Positions 18,501-25,684 of a stretch of DNA of 31,681 nt are shown piece after piece. Within the stretch, counting starts at the first letter, position 1. Every line of letters starts with the position of its first letter. The stretch lies in NCBI GenBank assembly GCA_038736825.1, contig JAVYME010000008.1, positions 1 to 31,681 on the forward strand. Reading direction: 5' to 3'. Below the pieces are notes generated by a model, which was given only the letters and a program-made list of their open reading frames with translations, had not been told where the DNA came from and did not search any database. The DNA comes from Candidatus Iainarchaeum sp. (lineage in GTDB: Archaea > Iainarchaeota > Iainarchaeia > Iainarchaeales > DTGL01). The translations under genes were made by a program, and so were the position numbers.

Positions 18501-21500
18501 AGTGGGATATATTAATGAAACTGTGGTTTCAAGCAATCTTTCTTCAACAACTTGGGCACATGTTGCTTTAACATATGATCTTTCAAATGTAAGCCTCTAT
18601 GTCAATGGTGTGCTTAAGTCAACCCAAACCCTAACAGACACCATTGCCCTCAATGCAAATGATTTGTTTGTTGGAAAAAATTTTTTTGGCAAAATTGATG
18701 ATGTCCGCGTTTACAATCGCGCTCTTTCACAGGCTGAAATTGCTGCAGATATGCGTGAAAATGCTTTGGGCAAAAAGATTTTGCACTTGAAAATGGATGA
18801 AGAAAATGCTTCAATAAGGGATTATTCTTCTTTCAATAATCATGGCTGGCTTGGTGGCAGCACCAGCCTATTAATGCGTTTTGATGAAAACTCTGGCTAT
18901 ATTGCACAAGACAGTTCCGGTTATGGAAATACTGGCACAATTTATGGCAATACAGTGCTTTTAATGAATTTTGACGACAACACTTCCAAAACAATTAAAG
19001 ACCTTTCTAGCAGAAACAACAATGGCATTTTGTATGGTTCAACTCGATTATTAATGAACATGGATGACAGTCGCAGTCAAACCATTGTTGATTCAACAGG
19101 TTATGCAAACAATGGAAACTATCGTGGCTCGAGTTTGTTTTTTGATGGACTAAGTGCATATGTGCAAAGGAGCAGCCCGTCTAATATTCCAACTGGCAAC
19201 ACGGTAACCGTGACTGTTTGGATCAAACCAGATTCCCTTCAAGGTGATGCCTCTTATAATGGTATTGTTTCATGGGGTCCTCGAACTGGCACTGGGACAA
19301 GTTTTTTGTTCAGTTTGCAGAACAATGGGCGTCTTAGTATGGGGACCTGGAACAACAATTTTGTTCCTTCTTCTGGTCCTACTGTTAGATGGAATGAATG
19401 GAATTTTGTGGCAGTTGTTTTGGACGGACAGAGCGTGACACTTTATGTTAATGGAGAATCTGTTAATGGAACTCTTTCCTCGACACCAGCCATTCAATCA
19501 GGGGTTTTGAATGTTGGTTCAACTGATAACCCTGGACGCTACTTTAAGGGAAACATTGATGAGTTAAGGATTTATAGTCGTGCTCTCAGTTCGACAGAAA
19601 TACTAGAGCAAATGCGTGGCATTTTTTCTAATAATGCTGGCTTGAGGGTTTTATGGTATTTCAAGGAAGGTTCTGGCACTAGTGTGGCAGATGACTCTGG
19701 AAATGGCAACACAGGAACTCTAATGGGCGGCGCTAGTTGGCAGGATGTAATTGTTAACTGGAACACTCCACACTGCTATGCGGATAGTGCAACATATAGT
19801 TCCGGTTCTTATAATTGTCCTTCTGGAACAACCACCTTTAAAGTCTATCATTATGTTGCAACAGAAGGTTGTTGTGATAGCTACTATATTTACTCGGGTG
19901 GAGGAGTGAAGTATTCTGGGGCGGGTTGCCTAACTGGTGGAACTTGTTCTTCTGGTAATTGCAATGCTCCATCTGGGGCGTGGTCTGCAGAGTATTCATA
20001 TAGTGGACCAGTCAGTTTTACTTTAACAACTGACAGCAGTATTGTCTATTATGGGGTAAGAGTTGATAAAATTTCTTGTTATGTTCCTGGTTCGCTTCCA
20101 ACTTGGAGCACTGAAAGCCCCGCAATATGGCAGTCAAGCAGTGCACTTGCAAATGAAGGCGGTTCGGCTTTAGCGTTTAATGGAATTGATACATATGTTG
20201 AAGTTCCACATACTGCTAGTTTATATTTGAACAATCAAGTCAGTGTCGAGGCATGGGTTAATCTTAAATCTTTCAACAGTTCTGATTGGGGGTCAATGAT
20301 TGTCAGCAAGTATGGCGGAAACTGGAAAGGTTACAATTTATATCTTGCCAATACCACTGGCAAACCAGCATTTAGTATTGCAACAACCACGCCATCCAAT
20401 GCAATTTATTCAGTAATCAGCGATGATGCGATAAGCCTTAATTCTTGGACTCACATTGTTGGGGTTTGGGATGGTTCAACAGCGCATGTTTATGTAAATG
20501 GCGTTTTGAAAAAATCAGTTTCTGCCCCTTATATTACACAGGACGCAACGCCGTTATACATTGGAAAAAATGCATGGTCAGGATATGGGTTTTTAAATGG
20601 CTTAATTGATGAAGTTGCGATTCATGGTCGCGCTTTAACTCAAGCCGAGATCTTGGATCACTATACTTCTAGGAAAGCAAAGTTTTCTGACTGGAATGCT
20701 GGAATGTCAGGCACAGCATTGCAGTTTGACGGTAATAGTTATGTTTACATCGGGGATAGTTCTAGCCTTGATATTACTAACAAGATTTCAATTGAAGCCT
20801 GGGTTTATGCTAACACTTATGGCAAGAGCAAGAGCACTATTCCTGGAAATTTGGAGTCAGCTAATATTTTGAGCAAGATGGACACTCCCACGAGTTGCAC
20901 TGGGCCCTTTTGGTGGGAGTACAGAAACAATGGTATTTTGGATGTCTATTTTAGAAACACCTCGGGCAGTATAATTTATGTTCGCACTAACTTGCCAATC
21001 CGCCAATGGTATCACATAGTTGCAACTTATGATTCCAGTACTGGAACAGCCAAGGTTTACTTGAATGGTGTTGATACAAATACTGTTGTTAGTTCTGGTT
21101 TTGGGCAATTAAGAAATGGCATGGAATTATTGCTTGGCACTGGAAAGGGCATCAATTATGGAAACTCTTTTGATGGCAAACTTGACGAGTTAGTAATTTA
21201 TTCCAAGGTTCTCTCTCAAGCAGAAATTTTTGAACACTATATTGCAGGCAAAGCAAGGCATGCAGACTGGGTTTCAGGAAAGAATGGTTCGGCATTGCAG
21301 TTTCCGGGTTTGGGGGAATATGTTGAGGTTGCCACAAGCACCTCTATAGCGCCTACTGAGCTGTCTTTATCTGCTTGGATTAATGTTACACAAACAGCTA
21401 GTTATAATATTTTATTTGCAAAAGATTATACTTCACATTCTTATCCTTACTATTCATACCAATTAAGGACTACCCCAAGTGGAATTGAATGGTGTTGTAT

Positions 21501-23064
21501 AAACCTTTGTCTCACTTACAGTGGAGGTGCGCTTCCAACTAATTCTTGGCAGCACATTGCTGCCACTTGCAAGAGCGGAGAGCAAAAAATTTACTTGAAT
21601 GGGGTTGCAGTTGCCAGCAGTTCAACAACTGGCTCTATTGTTTATTATAATACAAATCTTTTAATTGGAAAAGCAAGAAATTTTGATGGAAGATTTTTTG
21701 GAATAATGGATGAAGTTGCCATTTACTCTAAAATTCTTTCCGCCAACGAAATATCCAAATTATATGTTGAGGGAAGAGCCCGGCATTCTGATTTTAATTC
21801 AGGAATTTCTGGAAAAGCAATACAGTTTGATGGAGTGGATGATATTGTTTCAATTCCAGATTCTGATTCTTTGGACATGAAAAATGATAGTTTTTCCATT
21901 TTTGCTTGGGTGAAAAGAAACAAGTTTAATGATGAGCAGCAAATTGTAGCCAAATATGGCAGCATAGCATATAATGGTTATAGGTTTGAGTTTGGAGCGG
22001 ATAACAAGCTTGGCTTTTTTGCTGGCGATGGCGGAAGTTGGGACATTTACTTACAGTCTTCTTCAACTATTACTGATTCAGGCTGGCATCACGTTGGAGT
22101 GGTAATCAACAGAAGTAGCGTAGGCCAATTATATATTGATGGCAAGCCAAACGGCAATGCTGCAAGTGCCACTTCAATTGGAAACATAAACAATGCAGAT
22201 CCTGTTTACATCGGTTCTGCGCAATGGTCAACCAAGCGCTTTGGTGGCATCATTGATGATGTTCGCATTTACAATTATGCCAAATCTGCTCAAGAAATTG
22301 AAGCGGATTATAATTTTGGGGTTAGAGAACATAGTGCTCATATTCAAATCACTGACCAGAACTTGGTTGCTTTATGGCATTTGGATGGAAATGCTATGCA
22401 AACAACAGCCTTGGACTCAAAAGGAAGCAATCACGGAACGCTCGCCAACTTTGACTTTTGGCATGCTGATTCTGGCTGGGTTGAAGGCAAATTTGGAAGA
22501 GCTTTGAGATTTGATGGAAATAATGATTATATTGCAGTTAATGACTCTAGTTTGTGGGATTTTAGGGGAAAAAATGTTTCAATTGAGGTTTGGTTTAAAG
22601 CAAGTTCAGTGCAAATTGATCCATGGCCAACTCTTTTGGATCATTTTGTTGGTGGCACTCCTGGCGCGGGATGGCGCCTTGGTTTTGACTATAATAAAAC
22701 CAAAATAGTGTTTGCGCACCGACATGATGGCACTGGTGACCAAATTTACCTTGTTTCAACAAAAGATTATGCTGATAATCAATGGCATCACGTGGTTGTG
22801 GTTTTGGATAATGGAATTGCAAAACTTTATTTGGATGGTTTACTGGACAAAACAGACTCTTATGCCAATTTGAATGACCATGATGCGCCATTATATGTGG
22901 GAGGGCAAGGTATTAGCTATTCCTTTAATGGTAGCATTGATGAGATTGCAATTTATCACAGGGCATTATCTGAAACCGAAATAAAGGACCATTATTACTC
23001 TTTTGTGGACAAGGGAATGATTTATTCAGCTGGAACTATAAAGGGCTATGGTGAAAACCAATGA
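15586..23064 (+). CDS. Giant secreted surface protein (2,492 aa): signal peptide, 8 LamG/concanavalin-A-like lectin modules, with nested DUF2341 + DNRLRE/CBM96-like, GATase1/ThuA-like and Cys-rich CUB-like inserts
   Basis: Signal peptide MVSVKKVLKFSIFILLFFSLFYSPASS. A LamG closing block, [ILM]D[ED][VLI]x[IV][YH]xxxL[ST]xxE[IV], recurs eight times, ending at nt 17496, 18753, 19614, 20664, 21240, 21765, 22311 and 22995. The recurring lead block is F[DN]EG.G....D.S..GN.G.L, followed by AL.FDG.DDY. The DUF2341 block is FSYFRPVTVSN...VWVKIPSIP.GNKTIYFYYGN. Many N-x-S/T sequons are present. Confidence 0.85.
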   Translation: MVSVKKVLKFSIFILLFFSLFYSPASSFRCDAGSLETTCILSTFQNLDNNFSVSGTGNLVIESTASLNTNGNDLGISMTGFIENRGDINTNLSPATVRFKTGTAEPFTDIGLVGDWNFNEGSGNIARDAINGNNGTVYGATWQPSSVQLPKKSGSAIAFDGNDDYIDIGDISLLENFSYFSLSAWIKPSKLSTPPFFSGFSYFRPVTVSNSGSALTDYQVLVTINTSILVSAGKMRSDCADMRFSDSDNATSLSYWLESGCNSTTTKVWVKIPSIPNGNKTIYFYYGNSSASSGSTTSTLEAYQNTGDLDSEIKSVYYPNNNYVGDLHWTIGGWGDYYYALFKVPSSLRPSSVTSANINTATLYSYGFYQNENSGSTLTQTVNLAYITSSWNPSTVTWNTRPSQGSTFFTGSTVQLGPSQSTSATWHTFNITTWAKDSSVGWFGTNHGIYVIPSTNSGMYYRGYSANHNPPWYIVITYDTSKNIIIEKDSNGFIWRTRKYSSPEPSASIGSEQTTGSAQFVVGKEGVYKIEAYGNNIRFFTGNNWSGAILTSQSTLSTNAWQHIVATYDGSTKKLYINGVLDSNTVSVSGSVGQNSRKFSIGASDTGTAWANYFNGFIDEVRVYNRALSIEEVQQLYNSSKPEDAVLHLKFDEGTGLIASDSSAYGNHGLLYNFHAPRSTGWTSDAIDGNALEFDGVDDYVKVSDSNTLKITSSLTVEGWFKPDSSKKAPIKVLSIYPCSTCRINDILGSYGLGLFSVECMSYTAFNSGAYNLAKYDVVILDGADCWASAANLDLEERNAIVSFVLNGGAFISTHDTICQKSWPEFHQILGYDCNGGYTGCYPTGCAALTPVNRTRVGAITTYPYVLPASISVQNTHTTNGQIPKTAIRWYELTADDSGYDVYLATNTYGAGYGRTAMLQWGHGAYNCDCTGGSLPGADESKLIVNTLYWAAMPRTIFKQNSYGLYVDSNFAVGYINETVVSSNLSSTTWAHVALTYDLSNVSLYVNGVLKSTQTLTDTIALNANDLFVGKNFFGKIDDVRVYNRALSQAEIAADMRENALGKKILHLKMDEENASIRDYSSFNNHGWLGGSTSLLMRFDENSGYIAQDSSGYGNTGTIYGNTVLLMNFDDNTSKTIKDLSSRNNNGILYGSTRLLMNMDDSRSQTIVDSTGYANNGNYRGSSLFFDGLSAYVQRSSPSNIPTGNTVTVTVWIKPDSLQGDASYNGIVSWGPRTGTGTSFLFSLQNNGRLSMGTWNNNFVPSSGPTVRWNEWNFVAVVLDGQSVTLYVNGESVNGTLSSTPAIQSGVLNVGSTDNPGRYFKGNIDELRIYSRALSSTEILEQMRGIFSNNAGLRVLWYFKEGSGTSVADDSGNGNTGTLMGGASWQDVIVNWNTPHCYADSATYSSGSYNCPSGTTTFKVYHYVATEGCCDSYYIYSGGGVKYSGAGCLTGGTCSSGNCNAPSGAWSAEYSYSGPVSFTLTTDSSIVYYGVRVDKISCYVPGSLPTWSTESPAIWQSSSALANEGGSALAFNGIDTYVEVPHTASLYLNNQVSVEAWVNLKSFNSSDWGSMIVSKYGGNWKGYNLYLANTTGKPAFSIATTTPSNAIYSVISDDAISLNSWTHIVGVWDGSTAHVYVNGVLKKSVSAPYITQDATPLYIGKNAWSGYGFLNGLIDEVAIHGRALTQAEILDHYTSRKAKFSDWNAGMSGTALQFDGNSYVYIGDSSSLDITNKISIEAWVYANTYGKSKSTIPGNLESANILSKMDTPTSCTGPFWWEYRNNGILDVYFRNTSGSIIYVRTNLPIRQWYHIVATYDSSTGTAKVYLNGVDTNTVVSSGFGQLRNGMELLLGTGKGINYGNSFDGKLDELVIYSKVLSQAEIFEHYIAGKARHADWVSGKNGSALQFPGLGEYVEVATSTSIAPTELSLSAWINVTQTASYNILFAKDYTSHSYPYYSYQLRTTPSGIEWCCINLCLTYSGGALPTNSWQHIAATCKSGEQKIYLNGVAVASSSTTGSIVYYNTNLLIGKARNFDGRFFGIMDEVAIYSKILSANEISKLYVEGRARHSDFNSGISGKAIQFDGVDDIVSIPDSDSLDMKNDSFSIFAWVKRNKFNDEQQIVAKYGSIAYNGYRFEFGADNKLGFFAGDGGSWDIYLQSSSTITDSGWHHVGVVINRSSVGQLYIDGKPNGNAASATSIGNINNADPVYIGSAQWSTKRFGGIIDDVRIYNYAKSAQEIEADYNFGVREHSAHIQITDQNLVALWHLDGNAMQTTALDSKGSNHGTLANFDFWHADSGWVEGKFGRALRFDGNNDYIAVNDSSLWDFRGKNVSIEVWFKASSVQIDPWPTLLDHFVGGTPGAGWRLGFDYNKTKIVFAHRHDGTGDQIYLVSTKDYADNQWHHVVVVLDNGIAKLYLDGLLDKTDSYANLNDHDAPLYVGGQGISYSFNGSIDEIAIYHRALSETEIKDHYYSFVDKGMIYSAGTIKGYGENQ
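18856..19125 (+). repeat. Three in-frame tandem 90-nt (30-aa) units inside the giant gene
   Basis: Unit 1 is GSTSLLMRFDENSGYIAQDSSGYGNTGTIY. Unit 2 is GNTVLLMNFDDNTSKTIKDLSSRNNNGILY. Unit 3 is GSTRLLMNMDDSRSQTIVDSTGYANNGNYR. Each is exactly 30 codons (18856-18945, 18946-19035, 19036-19125). They are diverged copies of the LamG lead motif. Confidence 0.8.
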
Positions 23065-24269
23065 AGGGAATGAGAAAAAAGCACAAGTGGTTTTTATTTT
23101 TGCTTTTCATAGTTTCCGTTTTTGCCCAGGCTTTTGCCACTTTTGGTTCAAATGCAACAATTTTTAACCAGGGAAGCTCTCCAGTGACTGTACAAATTTC
23201 TTGCACTTCAGGTCAGGGCTATACTTGTTTTGCCATCAAATATAGCGTTGATGGCAATTCTTGGCAAAACTATTATGGTGCTGATTTGAATGTTGTTTTG
23301 ACTGAGGATGGCAATCACATAATTAGGTATTATGCAATAGGCCGCGCTTGTTATAGTGAAAAATGCACGCATGTTTTTGAGCCAATGAAATATGTGTGGG
23401 CATATGTAGTGACTAGAGTATCTCCAACAATTATACTTAATTCCCCTATTGGGGGGGAATTGTGGCGCGGCATTCATGCTATTGATTTCAATGTAAGACA
23501 ACCCCAAAACAATGAATTACACCTTGCAATTTATTATTCTTCTGACAGAAACAAATTCCAAAATGTTATAGTAAGCGATTTGAATTTGAACAATTATCCT
23601 AATATTGCAGCCTTAAATTGTGATGGTTCTAACTGGTCAAACAGCACCAGGTGCACTTATGACTGGAATACTGCAATCATTCCAGACGGAAACTGGTACA
23701 TTGACTTGAACATATGGGAGAGAAAATATTTTTTGAGTGATTCAAATTCAACCTTTTCGCATTTAATGATAGACAACAATCCGCCTTTTACAAACCTTGT
23801 TTCTCCAACTGGTTGGCAAACTCAAGATTTTAATGTTGTGCTTTCTTGTTCTGATGCCAGTGGTTCTGGGTGTGCTTCTACAAGTTATGGGTTGAATTTT
23901 GGGCCTTGGGAAACGTACGGTCAAGGTGTGTCAGAATGGTGGAATTCTTCTTGGCAGTACAGGCGCAAAATATTTTTTGACAATTCCAATCAACCGCTAA
24001 AAACGAATCATTCTGTTTTGCTCAGGCTTAATTCTGGCAATTTTGATTTTTCAAAAGTGCAATCTGCTGGTCAAGATTTAAGGTTTAGGGATGTCAATCA
24101 ACAAATTGCTATTGAATTCTTTTTCGACTATTTTAATGCAGCATTGCAGAGTGCAATTGTTTGGATTAAAGTGCCACAAATTGATGCAAATTCTAAATCG
24201 GACTATGTTTGGATGTATTATGGCAATCCTTCAGCAACTGATGCTCAGTCAACCAATTGGTTTGGCTAG
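23061..24269 (+). CDS. Secreted protein with Ig-like/OmpL47-type beta domains and a C-terminal DUF2341 module
   Basis: The start overlaps the stop of the giant gene (ATGA). Signal peptide MKGMRKKHKWFLFLLFIVSVFAQAFA. Chitobiase-C/Ig-like block ISCTSGQGYTCFAIKYSVDGNSWQNY. OmpL47-like block PPFTNLVSPTGWQTQDFNVVLSCSDASGSGCASTSY. DUF2341 block WQYRRKIFFDNSNQ...IVWIKVPQIDANSKSDYVWMYYGN. Confidence 0.7.
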   Translation: MKGMRKKHKWFLFLLFIVSVFAQAFATFGSNATIFNQGSSPVTVQISCTSGQGYTCFAIKYSVDGNSWQNYYGADLNVVLTEDGNHIIRYYAIGRACYSEKCTHVFEPMKYVWAYVVTRVSPTIILNSPIGGELWRGIHAIDFNVRQPQNNELHLAIYYSSDRNKFQNVIVSDLNLNNYPNIAALNCDGSNWSNSTRCTYDWNTAIIPDGNWYIDLNIWERKYFLSDSNSTFSHLMIDNNPPFTNLVSPTGWQTQDFNVVLSCSDASGSGCASTSYGLNFGPWETYGQGVSEWWNSSWQYRRKIFFDNSNQPLKTNHSVLLRLNSGNFDFSKVQSAGQDLRFRDVNQQIAIEFFFDYFNAALQSAIVWIKVPQIDANSKSDYVWMYYGNPSATDAQSTNWFG

Positions 24270-24694
24270 TGTTTTAACTTTATTTCTTTTGAGGGGTTGT
24301 TCATTTCGCTTTCAAAGCATTTATCACAACACCATTTTGCTTTCAGGTTTTTTGAGGAATCGATTTTTTTGCATTCGGTTAACTGTACTGAGGCTGCTTT
24401 TTGTGGTTCCAGTGGTTCGTTGATGGTGGCAATGTCTGTTCCTTGAATTGTTGGAATGGTTATTTGAACTGATTGGATTGTTTTTTCTCCACCATTAAAG
24501 AATGGAACAGCCAGTCTTTCATTAATGCATTCGCTTTCCCCGTATTCCAGCAAGCAGCCATTTCTCATGGCTTCACTTAGGTTTTCGGCAGGCGCATTAG
24601 CAAGATTTGTTATGTAGAAAAAAATCCCATATGCTGCCATAAAGAGAATGAATCCCGCCGGCAACAGCCACTTGCTTTCAATTTTTTTTTCCAT
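24266..24694 (-). CDS. Small N-terminally anchored or exported protein with 6 Cys, unknown function
   Basis: MEKKIESKWLLPAGFILFMAAYGIFFYI hydrophobic anchor, then a soluble domain with Cys pairs (GC..EC, EC, WCCDKC). Its stop overlaps the stop of the convergent 23061-24269 gene within CTAG. It is divergent from the radical-SAM operon. Confidence 0.55.
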   Translation of the reverse strand: MEKKIESKWLLPAGFILFMAAYGIFFYITNLANAPAENLSEAMRNGCLLEYGESECINERLAVPFFNGGEKTIQSVQITIPTIQGTDIATINEPLEPQKAASVQLTECKKIDSSKNLKAKWCCDKCFESEMNNPSKEIKLKH

Positions 24695-24715
24695 TCAAAA
24701 ATCTTTTGCAATGAT

Positions 24716-24725
24716 ATTTATAAAT
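24716..24725. promoter_or_regulatory. Palindromic TATA box (ATTTATAAAT) shared by divergent genes
   Basis: A perfect 10-nt palindrome is centred at 24720/24721. That is 26.5 nt from the minus-strand ATG (24694) and 28.5 nt from the plus-strand ATG (24749). The whole intergenic region is only 54 nt. Confidence 0.55.
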
Positions 24726-24748
24726 CCCTTTTCAAAGTTGCTTTATTT

Positions 24749-25684
24749 ATGCCAGAGCGCTTGGACTTAAAACTTGGCTTTTCCTGCAATAACAATTGTC
24801 TTTCCTGTCCCCAAGCACATAGGCGACACTTGGGGGATTTAACAACTGCACAAGCCAAAAAATTCCTGCTCGCAGGCTTAAGAGATGGTGCCAAAGAGCT
24901 TGTGCTTACAGGTGGCGAACCAACCATTAGAGCTGATTTAATTGAACTTGTTGAATTTGCAAGAAAAAAAGGCTTTGAAAGAGTGCAATTGCAAACCAAT
25001 GCAAGAATGCTTTCCTATAAATCGCTTGCATTAAAACTTGTTGAAGCAGGAATAACAGAATTTTGTGTTGGCTTGCATTCCGACAAAAAAGAAACACAAG
25101 AATTTCTCACGCGCTCTCCAGGTTCTTTCACTCAAACAATTCAAGGAATAAAAAATTTGGTTGAACTAAACCAATACGTTACAATTAACTCTGTTATTCA
25201 CAAGCTTGACTTTGAAAGGCTTCCTTTGCGAGCAAAAATGGCTGTAGAGTTGGGCGTGCAACAATTCCAGCTTGCCTTCATTCACTGTGCTGGCAATGCC
25301 TTCGAAAACATGGATTTGTTGTGCCCAAAAAAATCCAAAGTAATGCTTTTCGTTCACAAAGCCCTTGAAATTGCCGCCAATGCCGGCTTAACAGCAATGG
25401 TTGAAGCCTACCCATTTTGCTTTATGCAAGGCTTTGAAAAACACTGCTCTGAACTATACATGCCCTCAGCTGAAATAAGAGACGCAGAAGGCCTAGTCAA
25501 AGACTTTGACAGAGTGCGCAAAGAAAGCGGAAAATTAAAAGGTCCAAACTGTTCAAAATGCAAGTTTTTTTTGGTGTGTGAAGGTCCATGGAAAGAATAC
25601 CCGCAAAAGTTTGGCTGGACTGAATTTAAACCAGTGAAAGGCAAAAAGATTGCTAGTGCCAGAGAATTTTTGGGTGAAAAATAA
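24749..25684 (+). CDS. Radical SAM enzyme, ~300-aa class with a C-terminal Cys-cluster (twitch/partial-SPASM-like), paralogue A
   Basis: CX3CX2C motif SCNNNCLSC near the N-terminus, GGEPTIRADLIELVEFARKKGF, and QTNARML. C-terminal Cys are at PFCFMQGFEKHC and GPNCSKCKFFLVCEG. Confidence 0.85.
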   Translation: MPERLDLKLGFSCNNNCLSCPQAHRRHLGDLTTAQAKKFLLAGLRDGAKELVLTGGEPTIRADLIELVEFARKKGFERVQLQTNARMLSYKSLALKLVEAGITEFCVGLHSDKKETQEFLTRSPGSFTQTIQGIKNLVELNQYVTINSVIHKLDFERLPLRAKMAVELGVQQFQLAFIHCAGNAFENMDLLCPKKSKVMLFVHKALEIAANAGLTAMVEAYPFCFMQGFEKHCSELYMPSAEIRDAEGLVKDFDRVRKESGKLKGPNCSKCKFFLVCEGPWKEYPQKFGWTEFKPVKGKKIASAREFLGEK

